A stretch of DNA of 64,000 bases, taken from contig CAWBQK010000017.1 in assembly GCA_963791045.1 (NCBI GenBank), forward strand, positions 314,142 to 378,141, given 5' to 3'. Below, in pieces: positions 10,102-18,355 of this stretch. The notes under the pieces were generated by a model. That model worked only from the letters and a program-made list of their open reading frames with translations, made no database searches and was not told the DNA's origin. Made by a program: the position numbers and the translations under genes. The DNA is from Candidatus Latescibacterota bacterium. Its GTDB lineage: Bacteria > Krumholzibacteriota > Krumholzibacteriia > WVZY01. The first letter of the stretch is position 1. Every line of letters starts with the position of its first letter.

Positions 10102-11136
10102 TCAGGCTCCCGGATTGCGGCGGCGGAGTGCGTTATCCAAATGGCCTTCCGCGATTAACATCCTGATATGATCGATACGTTTGTATTTGGGCCCCTCGAA
10201 TTCATCGAGGCTGATCCCATGCGTCTTATAAGCTTCGTAGAGCTCTTGCGCACCCTTGCGCGCATCCCACACGGGTTTGAAATCGGGAACCACGGCGAGG
10301 ATCTTCGAACAATCCACCCGATAGTTGCGTTTGTCGGGGCCGGCGTCATCGGCGAATCCAACTTCGCAATTGGGAACGGTATCCTTCACGATCTCGGCAA
10401 GCTCTCGTATCCTGAAATTCTGGTCGCTGCGTCCAACGTTGAACGCCTCGTTGTGCACGGTTTCGATCGGGGCCTCAAGCACGGCGACGAAAGCGCGTGA
10501 AATATCTTCGATATGAACGATGGGGCGCCACGGGGATCCGTCACTCTTGAGAAACACCTTGCCCGTCGTAAATGCCCAGGCAACGAGGTTGTTGAGGACG
10601 AGATCAAAGCGAAGGCGCGGCGACACACCGTAGGCCGTTGAATTTCTAAGAAGGATCGGACTGAAATTGTCGTCTGCCATCCTGACGAGATCACGCTCAA
10701 CAAGGACTTTCGACTCTCCGTATGGTGTCACCGGGTTGAAATCGGCGCCCTCGTCGATGGGATCGTCGCCGGCGGCTCCGTAGTTGCTGCACGACGAAGA
10801 AAAGATGAACCGCTTGACGCCCGCTTTCTTCGCAAGCTCGGCAAGCCTCACCGAGGCCTGATGGTTGATTTCATATGTGAGGGTTGGGTTGAGATCGCCG
10901 AGCGGATCGTTTGACAACCCGGCGAGGTGCATCACGGCGTCGATCCCATCAAGATCGGCCGGTTCCGCGTCGCGAACGTCCTTGAGAATCTCGGGCACGT
11001 CGACGATTCCTTCGCCAAACGTACAGTGCGCGTAAAGATCGCTGTCAAATCCCACAACCTCATGACCCTTTTCTAACAACATGGGAACAAGAACCGTCCC
11101 GATGTAACCTTTGTGTCCCGTCACCATCACTCTCAT
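10102..11136 (-). CDS. NAD-dependent epimerase/dehydratase (extended SDR)
   Basis: Likely start ATG 11136 (MRVMVTGHKGYIG). HLAGLSNDPLG, SSSCSNYG and catalytic YGESK. Confidence 0.88.
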   Translation of the reverse strand: MRVMVTGHKGYIGTVLVPMLLEKGHEVVGFDSDLYAHCTFGEGIVDVPEILKDVRDAEPADLDGIDAVMHLAGLSNDPLGDLNPTLTYEINHQASVRLAELAKKAGVKRFIFSSSCSNYGAAGDDPIDEGADFNPVTPYGESKVLVERDLVRMADDNFSPILLRNSTAYGVSPRLRFDLVLNNLVAWAFTTGKVFLKSDGSPWRPIVHIEDISRAFVAVLEAPIETVHNEAFNVGRSDQNFRIRELAEIVKDTVPNCEVGFADDAGPDKRNYRVDCSKILAVVPDFKPVWDARKGAQELYEAYKTHGISLDEFEGPKYKRIDHIRMLIAEGHLDNALRRRNPGA

Positions 11137-11140
11137 TTTA

Positions 11141-11912
11141 TTAACTCCATATTTTCCAGGGTGCGTTGCCCGTCTGCCACAGTTCTTCGAGCAAAACTTT
11201 GTCACGCAACGTGTCCATGCATTGCCAGAATGATTCGTGTTTGTAAGCCATAAGTTGCCCCTCGGAAGCGAGTCGCTCAAGGGGCTCCCGCTCCCACTGC
11301 GTTTCATCGCCCTCAATATAGTCGAGCGCGGCGGGTTCTACGCACAAAAAAGGCGCCGTTTATCCACCCCTCATGGGTCTGTGGTTTTTCCGAAAATTCC
11401 ACAATCTGGTTGCCGTCGAGTTCGAGATGTCCAAAGCGGGCAGCCGGCCTCACCGCGGTCATCGTAACCAGCTTTCCATGCGATTTGTGAAACGCGAGAA
11501 GTTCGTCCAGGTTCACATCGGCAACGCCGTCACCCCATGTGAGCATGAATGTCTCGTTCCCTATCCGGGGTCCCAAACGCTTAATTCGGCCGCCGGTGAG
11601 CGTCGACACACCCGTATCAATCAAATCGACCGTCCAGTCTGCCTCGGCTTTATTGTGAACCTCGACCTCACCGGTATCGAGTTTTACCGTCAGGTCGCTG
11701 TGCAATGAACAGTAGTCCACCATATATTTCTTAATCACTTCGCCTTTGTATCCAAGCGCGATGATGAAATCCTTATGCCCGTAGTGATGATAGTGCATCA
11801 TGATGTGCCACAGGATCGGACTTCCGCCAATCTCAACCATCGGCTTCGGTTTTATGATCGTTTCTTCCGAGAGACGCGACCCAACACCGCCGGCCAGAAT
11901 TGCCACTTTCAT
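11141..11912 (-). CDS. rfbF: Glucose-1-phosphate cytidylyltransferase (one frameshift near 11340)
   Basis: [30 protein letters not shown] and WINGAFFV, continuing in a shifted frame to [11 protein letters not shown]...APWKIW. Confidence 0.9.
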
Positions 11913-11946
11913 TTTTTCCTCGCTTCAAAACTTGTCGCCGACCGAA

Positions 11947-12948
11947 CTATGCCGACAACCGCCGTTTTCCGCTTATCGTTTTTGTCGCCCCTACGAGCTC
12001 GGCCTTCAATCGATTCCTTTGTTGGATGCCCCATCTCAGCAGCGATCCCGAGCAATGAATGCGGGCCGGGACCGGAAGGTCACAGCGCGTGATGGCTCCC
12101 GCGTATCCACGGAACCAACGCCAGGTTGGCATTTGAATTTTGCCCGCGCTCGCCGGATCGAACCAGGCTGCTCGTGCCTCGTCACTCGCATGTGCCAGCA
12201 CCGAACGTTCGGAATGGTCCCTCCGATAAAACAAGACATCGGGGATTCTCTCCATCGTTCCGTGTAGCAGAAGTTCCCCGAGCAGGATAACATCGGAGCT
12301 ATTGTATTTCCCTATCAACCCGGTGCCGGCGAGCACATCGGAACGTATAATGCCGAACACCGCGTTGCACCACGGCCCTTTTCTGTCGAAGAGCCATGTC
12401 CTAAAACGCGCCGACGCATCCGCGTCGGTAAAATCATCGCGCTCGTCGTACTCATCGATATGATCTCCGTCGGTACCGATGAACATTGTCCGCGGATAAC
12501 AAAGGACCGCCGAGGGATTTTCCTCGAGGCCTTCCATGCATCGCTCTACAAAAGTGGGAGCGCACAAGTCATCGTGCGACGCCCATTTAAAAAACTTGCC
12601 GTTCGAAGCGTTGAATACGCGGTTGTAGTTTTCCGCCGCCCCGAGGTTTTTCGCGTTTCTGATATATCGAACGCGAGGATCCCGCTCCGCGGCGGCCCGA
12701 GAAATTGCTTCGGTGAGATCCGTGGATGCGTTGTCGGACACAATCAGTTCGAGATCCACATAAGATTGCTCGAGAATCGACTCAATCGCCTGCTCGAGGT
12801 AACGCTCACCGTTGTAGACCGGAAGCCCAATGCTGACGGTTGGTCTCAATGTGTGACTTTCTGTGACGGCCGCTGAGTGGCCGGTTTGTTTGTCGAATTG
12901 TCGGCCGAGTTCAACGCCAGTATCCGTTTCCTCACTAGCAATCCTCAT
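11947..12948 (-). CDS. Glycosyltransferase family 2
   Basis: VSIGLPVYNGERYL, SDNASTD, NLGAAENYN and WASHDD (DxD-like). Confidence 0.92.
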   Translation of the reverse strand: MRIASEETDTGVELGRQFDKQTGHSAAVTESHTLRPTVSIGLPVYNGERYLEQAIESILEQSYVDLELIVSDNASTDLTEAISRAAAERDPRVRYIRNAKNLGAAENYNRVFNASNGKFFKWASHDDLCAPTFVERCMEGLEENPSAVLCYPRTMFIGTDGDHIDEYDERDDFTDADASARFRTWLFDRKGPWCNAVFGIIRSDVLAGTGLIGKYNSSDVILLGELLLHGTMERIPDVLFYRRDHSERSVLAHASDEARAAWFDPASAGKIQMPTWRWFRGYAGAITRCDLPVPARIHCSGSLLRWGIQQRNRLKAELVGATKTISGKRRLSA

Positions 12949-13051
12949 ACCGGTTTACACATACGTTTACCAGCCGCGAATGCAGTGCATTGCGTTGGTA
13001 CTTATTATTCAACAACTATTTAGGGGAATTCGCACCGCAAGGGCATCCGGG

Positions 13052-13843
13052 TCAGAATGCCCCCCTGCCCGTGACAACGACCGAAATCGTCCTGAACATG
13101 ATCTTGACATCATTTGTGGGGCTCAAGGTCCGAATATACTCCAGATCGTGATCGAGCTTTCTCTGCATATCCTCAACGTTATTGGTGTAGCCAACGTTGA
13201 CCTGGGCCAGGCCCGTGAGGCCGGGCTTTACCCTTAACCGATTCGGGAATTTCGGGATCTTCCTGTCCACCTGTGCGTAGAAATAGTCACGTTCGGGCCG
13301 AGGACCGACGATGCTCATATCTCCACGCAACACATTGAAAAACTGTGGGGTCTCGTCGATTCGTGTTTTTCTGATCAAACGTCCGATAGCGGTAACGCGA
13401 GGATCGTCCCGGGTCGTCCATTTGGGGACACCATTCTCTGCGCCAACCGACATGCTTCGGAACTTAAACATTGTAAATGGCTTGCCGTGTTTCTGATCTC
13501 CCCTGCGATCGTTAACGCGCCGATCGAAACCACCGTGGCCATTGGAGGAACCGCGCCGATGATCGAGCCTTCGGTTGACTCCGATACGCTCCTGCGTGAA
13601 AAGAACCGGGCCCGGTGAAGTCAGCTTGATCGCAACAGCGGCCGCCGCCATTAAGGGCGCAAACACGATTAGCCCGGCAACGCTTGCGGAGATATCGAAA
13701 GCGCGTTTCCAGGCGTCCATGCCTTGGATTTTCTCCCGGCCACGGCCCTTGCCGTCGATGACGCTTAATCGTCCACGCGGTACCCAGCTCGGGAATATTG
13801 ATGCATCTGATGCTTTGGCAGTTGGGCGATTCAAATAAGGCAC
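13052..13843 (-). CDS. Priming sugar (phosphoglycosyl) transferase, Bac_transf family, with an Arg-rich insertion
   Basis: KRAFDI, SPGPVLFTQERIG, FKFRSM, RIDETPQFFNVLRGDMSIVGPRPE and KPGLTGLAQV. Confidence 0.93.
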   Translation of the reverse strand: MPYLNRPTAKASDASIFPSWVPRGRLSVIDGKGRGREKIQGMDAWKRAFDISASVAGLIVFAPLMAAAAVAIKLTSPGPVLFTQERIGVNRRLDHRRGSSNGHGGFDRRVNDRRGDQKHGKPFTMFKFRSMSVGAENGVPKWTTRDDPRVTAIGRLIRKTRIDETPQFFNVLRGDMSIVGPRPERDYFYAQVDRKIPKFPNRLRVKPGLTGLAQVNVGYTNNVEDMQRKLDHDLEYIRTLSPTNDVKIMFRTISVVVTGRGAF

Positions 13844-13920
13844 CCCCCGACCCCTTCGATGTGAAGCGTGATATATCTAAATATTTACGTATTTCTGATA
13901 CGAGTTGCTGTTCCCTGAAT

Positions 13921-13936
13921 TGCAATAACGATACCC
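13921..13936 (-). promoter_or_regulatory. Candidate sigma-54 (-24/-12) promoter for the priming transferase
   Basis: Minus strand GGGTATCGTTATTGCA gives GG-N10-GC with TTGCA, ~80 nt upstream of the ORF. Confidence 0.5.
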
Positions 13937-14013
13937 AGAGCGGTCGAAAATCATCCAAAAATTGACAAAAATTCCCCTTTGTAACTCACTTATACATAGT
14001 AAGTTCGGCGACG

Positions 14014-14055
14014 TGTCGGAATTATCTTACGCGACAGGTAGGCACGCAGACCTAC
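14014..14055. promoter_or_regulatory. Two inverted repeats, candidate enhancer (UAS) sites
   Basis: TGTCG-N13-CGACA (14014-14036) and GTAGG-N8-CCTAC (14038-14055), 80-120 nt upstream of the -24/-12 motif. Confidence 0.35.
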
Positions 14056-14178
14056 ACAACTTATTGTATGGGGGAATTAACCCGCAGAAAAACGGAGAAT
14101 ACAGCGTAACCTACTGCAATGGCGAGCGTTGCTGGGTTGTGGGCAATAAACCCAATTTTGGGTGGAATTACACAGAAA

Positions 14179-15492
14179 TCAGCGATTTTCCGCAAGGATA
14201 CGGAACTGATGACCTTTTTCCTCATACTTTGAAAGAACTGCCTCGGCTCTTTCGATTGAATCGTATCGACCGATGAGCACAAGATATTGTTGTCCCTCCG
14301 CCTGAACGGTCGCCGGGATCTTGAGCAGGTGCAAAGCTCGAACTTCGGCTTCGGCGCTCTCCGCTCGCGAGTGCACGCCGGCAATCACAGCGTAGTCCGA
14401 AGACGCGTTCGACATCCCTGTCTTTGACGAAGCAGCCGCGCTCGATTGGTAGTCAAGACTGGCGGGCGGGGGTGCGGCGCTTTGCGCGTTTGACGCGTCC
14501 GAATGGAGCGAAGACGACTGTCCGCCGCCAAAACCAAATCCAACGGAGAACGTGTGCGTATTGGAAAAGTATTCTTGGGAAGTGTAGGCGTAGTCAATGG
14601 AGAGAGTTCCATAACGGAATCCCATGCCGCCACTTAGAGGCATCTGGCTCTGGTTGGGGGCGTCGTACATACGGTTGAGCCCCGCGCGGACGATAAAATA
14701 TTTTTGAAAATTGTAGGCGCCTCCGAAGTCGACGCGTTTGAAGTCCGACCGGGATACCGTTATCTGGGCGCCGAGATCCAAACGTCCCGGGCCTTTGAAG
14801 AACGAGTATCCATAACCGGCAATGTAACGGCTGTCGATGGGATAATCCCTTCCCTCAAATGAAATTTTTCCGCCCAGATCCTCCGCAAAAGCCGATATTC
14901 TATGCCCACCCCTGTTGTAGTTCATTCCAAGAGAAAACGCGAAACCGTCACCGGTTTCGAGCGGCAGGTGCTCACGCAGATAGGTTACACCTACACCCAG
15001 ACCGAGCCCCAAGCTGTCAAACTTGCGACTCAGCGCCGTCGAGATGGCCATCCCATAGTAGTTCTCGCTGGACACTATTTGGCCCGTCTCATCGAAACCG
15101 TTGAGATCTCCCGAATAGAGAAGTCGCGAACCGACCGACCAAACCAACTTTTGATCGTTGAATGGAATCGCCATGCTCGCTGCGTTCAAGCTCATGTCGT
15201 CTAGCCAGTTAGCACGAGAGAGGTACAATTGCCCCCTCATCATTCCGCCGAGGTCCGCAGGGTTGGAAAACAACATCGATGCATCCGGGTTCATCCCGGC
15301 CACGATGTCCGGCGTTCCCATAACAGAGGCGCCAACCGGCACGCGCATGAACGAAGCGCCGAAAGTGCCGGCAAAATCGTCTGAGGCGTTCGATGTGGTG
15401 TGCGTCACCGCGAAAAGGACCAAAAAAAGAATGGCCGCCGTGTGTCGGCTAAAACCGACCCGCTTGCGTCCAATCATGCTGCGTACCTCCAC
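14179..15492 (-). CDS. PorV/PorQ-like (UPF0164) outer-membrane beta-barrel with a C-terminal SPOR-like domain
   Basis: Signal peptide, GASFMRVPVGA and NPADL motifs, alternating beta strands ending THTFSVGFGF, a Ser/Ala linker, then a SPOR-pattern domain (YAVIAG...YLVLIGRYDSIERAE). Confidence 0.75.
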   Translation of the reverse strand: MEVRSMIGRKRVGFSRHTAAILFLVLFAVTHTTSNASDDFAGTFGASFMRVPVGASVMGTPDIVAGMNPDASMLFSNPADLGGMMRGQLYLSRANWLDDMSLNAASMAIPFNDQKLVWSVGSRLLYSGDLNGFDETGQIVSSENYYGMAISTALSRKFDSLGLGLGVGVTYLREHLPLETGDGFAFSLGMNYNRGGHRISAFAEDLGGKISFEGRDYPIDSRYIAGYGYSFFKGPGRLDLGAQITVSRSDFKRVDFGGAYNFQKYFIVRAGLNRMYDAPNQSQMPLSGGMGFRYGTLSIDYAYTSQEYFSNTHTFSVGFGFGGGQSSSLHSDASNAQSAAPPPASLDYQSSAAASSKTGMSNASSDYAVIAGVHSRAESAEAEVRALHLLKIPATVQAEGQQYLVLIGRYDSIERAEAVLSKYEEKGHQFRILAENR

Positions 15493-15538
15493 AGGATGCG
15501 AATTCTAGAGATCTCTTTTGGGGTTTCAGCGTAGTGAA

Positions 15539-15620
15539 AGCAAGGCTCAGACCAAACAGAAGAAAAGTTGGCCGCGCGGCTATGCCATAATACGTTGTTG
15601 TGAATGCAATTAGCAGCCCA
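15539..15620 (-). promoter_or_regulatory. Two candidate sigma-54 promoters upstream of the PorV-like gene
   Basis: Minus strand TGGTCTGAGCCTTGCT (15539-15554) and TGGGCTGCTAATTGCA (15605-15620), both TGG-N10-GC. An inverted repeat CGGCAAA-N8-TTTGCCG lies further upstream at 15686-15707. Confidence 0.5.
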
Positions 15621-15811
15621 AGTCGCCATTTCCTGATGCTCCATGACCACGCCGCCGCCAAACGCACGTATTTTGCCCGTTAGGGCGGCAAAAGACGCAC
15701 TTTGCCGACGCCTTGATGGTTTTGGCCGGGGCCGATTTATGTGTTTTTCTTGGGACTGCCGAGCCGATAAGGATGGGGCATCTTTCGGTCGGCGGACGCG
15801 AATCCTGTGTT

Positions 15812-17344
15812 TTACCGGACCACTTCCTGGGAGAATACTGAGTCCAGCTGTCCCTGTATTACCGTTGCATAACGTGACCGGGGGGAATCGTCAAGACATT
15901 TTTTTAGCATACGGACGCCATTTTCCCGGTCATCCACTAAGTTCAAATATACCAGGGCGCTCTTGAAATACGCAACCGTACGATTTTCTCCCCGCCACGC
16001 GTCCCCCTCGGTCTCGAGCGTCCGCGCGCCCTCCATCGGCGCGTCCATCATGATATATGATTCCATAAGGAAATCATTGAGCAGGTGCCGGTATCTCACC
16101 GACGCGCTGTTCCTGGATATCGCGTCCAGATAGAATTCTCGAACTTTCGAATGTGATCGCCGCGCCAATTCCGGGTCGCCCTCGCGGATCCTGGCGCGGA
16201 GAATTTCAAGCGGCGCCACGAAAGACGCCCGCGAAAAAGGATAGAGCCGGCAAATACGCCACAGTATGTGCTGCGCTTCCGCCCATTCGCCGCGGTTCTT
16301 CAAGTTCATCGCCCGGATAAACATCGCCGACGTTGCTGTCTCGGGCTCGACTTCCCTGTCGAGTTCGAGTTCGAGCAAAAGCTTCGCTCCTTCCGAGGCA
16401 CGCCCTGTTTTTATCAAGACGCTTGCCTTGTTGAGTGTCGCGGTGCGTGCGATGCGTGACTCGGGATCCTTGGTGATCAAAGAGTCGAAAACTATCATCG
16501 CTTCTGCATGACGATTGAGTCCGTGTGCGAGAATTTCGCTCCGAAACAAAAGGATCTCGTCCGGAAACATTTCAAAACGGCCCGTTTCGAGGACGGCGTC
16601 GAGATCCTTGATCGCTTCTTCATACCGTCCCTCGAGCACACGAACATCCGCGCGAGCCAGACGTGCCTTTTGAGCGACGAGGCTATCCGGCCACGTACGA
16701 ATAATTCTCGAATACATACGATCGGCAAGCTCGACATAGCCGGAGTCCGCGTCCGACCCCGAACGGTCGATACTTGTCCGTACCAAAAAAACCGGAATCG
16801 CAAGGAGCGTATCGCCGATCGCGACATCGCCGTACCATACGACCCCCTCTTCGATCACAGATTCGACAATCGAAGCGCACTTGATTTCGAACCTGTCTTT
16901 CTCGATCGACTTGTAAATCTTCCGGATGTGGTGGAGGCCGGCGCCGCGATGCTGATTGAACATCAGATCGTGTCGGCGAAGGCCTGACCTGAAATAGGTC
17001 ACCCCCGCGTTGTCCTGAAAGCGTAAGAAGAAGAGCCTGGCGAGAGCCATTTCGCTCGTCACCATGAGCCGTCGATAATCCATTATTGCCGTCGAACCCC
17101 ACGACTCGGTCTTGCCGGACTTTACCAGGTCGTTCGCCAAAACCGATTCATAGGCGGTGATCGCCGCCTGGACATCTCGGTGGCTGATCGAGAACGCATC
17201 GGTCCAAATACGATTCTCGATCATCCGCGCCCGCCAAATGTCCTTCTCGAGCGCGTAACGGGCTTGTATCCCGGGATCATTGCTGCAACCCGCCAAAAAG
17301 ACGAGGACGGCCGCGACAAGCAATATGGATGAACAAAATTTCAT
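15812..17344 (-). CDS. TPR-repeat lipoprotein
   Basis: Lipobox LAG-C and repeated helical TPR patterns (ARLARADV...GRYEEAI, GEWAEAQ, YPFSRA). Confidence 0.8.
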   Translation of the reverse strand: MKFCSSILLVAAVLVFLAGCSNDPGIQARYALEKDIWRARMIENRIWTDAFSISHRDVQAAITAYESVLANDLVKSGKTESWGSTAIMDYRRLMVTSEMALARLFFLRFQDNAGVTYFRSGLRRHDLMFNQHRGAGLHHIRKIYKSIEKDRFEIKCASIVESVIEEGVVWYGDVAIGDTLLAIPVFLVRTSIDRSGSDADSGYVELADRMYSRIIRTWPDSLVAQKARLARADVRVLEGRYEEAIKDLDAVLETGRFEMFPDEILLFRSEILAHGLNRHAEAMIVFDSLITKDPESRIARTATLNKASVLIKTGRASEGAKLLLELELDREVEPETATSAMFIRAMNLKNRGEWAEAQHILWRICRLYPFSRASFVAPLEILRARIREGDPELARRSHSKVREFYLDAISRNSASVRYRHLLNDFLMESYIMMDAPMEGARTLETEGDAWRGENRTVAYFKSALVYLNLVDDRENGVRMLKKCLDDSPRSRYATVIQGQLDSVFSQEVVR

Positions 17345-17345
17345 A

Positions 17346-18242
17346 TTATTGTTTTTGGGACATGTCCTTCATGGCGATCCAACTCGTCGCGGCCATCAGA
17401 AAAAAATACGCAAACATCTCTGTGAACGTTCCCAGGATCAGGTACACGAGAACCAGGTCACCCTGAAGTCTGCTCACGAGCGTTGCTGCCTCACCCGCCA
17501 ATACCTTGAAAGGCACGGGAATCAGTATCGCCGTCGCTACGACGAGCACGGTGATGTCAAGATTCTCCCGCGCGAAATCCACGCTCGTCTTCATGGCCAA
17601 CAAAGCCTTGCCGTGGGCCTGTCGAAGAAAAACCAACGAATAGATGAGAAGGACTTCCATCCCGAAGCCTCCCAGCTGCCCGGTCGCCCGCAAAAGCATT
17701 TCAAGCCTGGGACGATCGGTCTGTTCCGCCAGCCAGCCAAAAAGAAAAGGTATACCGAGCACCGCGACCACGAAGACAAACCCTATCAAAAGAATCGGAG
17801 GGACAAAGATCGCGATCTCCCCTCCGTATTTAACAGCCCGGTAGCGATGCCCGCGAATGGCGTCCACGATTAAAAACACCGCCCAACCGAGCATTAAAAA
17901 ACCCACCACGATCATGACGACAATTTCCATAGAATAGAACACGTCGGGAAGTGTGAGGATGTGTTCGGGATAATGCAGGATTGCCTCGCCACCGAGACTC
18001 TTGATTATCGGTGTCATAACAGGCGCTATCAGCGGGTGCCAATACCAGAAGACGAGGAGGAGCGGGATGATCTTCGCCGCAAATATCGCCAAGAAGGGCG
18101 CATAGAGGTATCGCCTGCGCATCAAACCCAGCGATGTCGTCCAACAATCGCGGTAACGGTCCAAAATGGGGTCATTGTGCATCGGGCGTCGAATTCCTCT
18201 ACTTGAACAGAACCTGGCGATGATACGCGGCAACACGGCCAA
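17346..18242 (-). CDS. Multi-pass integral membrane protein of unknown function
   Basis: About 6 hydrophobic segments and a GGEAILHYPEH loop; its stop codon lies 1 nt before the TPR gene start. The true start may be ATG ~18182. Confidence 0.7.
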   Translation of the reverse strand: MAVLPRIIARFCSSRGIRRPMHNDPILDRYRDCWTTSLGLMRRRYLYAPFLAIFAAKIIPLLLVFWYWHPLIAPVMTPIIKSLGGEAILHYPEHILTLPDVFYSMEIVVMIVVGFLMLGWAVFLIVDAIRGHRYRAVKYGGEIAIFVPPILLIGFVFVVAVLGIPFLFGWLAEQTDRPRLEMLLRATGQLGGFGMEVLLIYSLVFLRQAHGKALLAMKTSVDFARENLDITVLVVATAILIPVPFKVLAGEAATLVSRLQGDLVLVYLILGTFTEMFAYFFLMAATSWIAMKDMSQKQ

Positions 18243-18293
18243 GGGACAATTTCAGGATACCCAAAGGAAACCGATTTCGGCCTCGATGCCAAG

Positions 18294-18328
18294 AAAAAAA
18301 TCCCGTGTGCCGAACACACGGGATTTTT
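18294..18328 (-). terminator. Rho-independent (bidirectional-looking) terminator after giant protein 1
   Basis: AAAAAAATCCCGTGTG-CCGAA-CACACGGGATTTTT: a perfect stem flanked by A and T tracts, ~30 nt after the stop codon. Confidence 0.88.
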
Positions 18329-18355
18329 CTTTAATTCACTCGTTGGCGGAAACTG

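Noticed and set aside
17346-18242. Membrane protein as an exosortase
   Set aside because: It lacks the Cys-x-Gly...Arg...His catalytic pattern, and there are no PEP-CTERM tails in the window.
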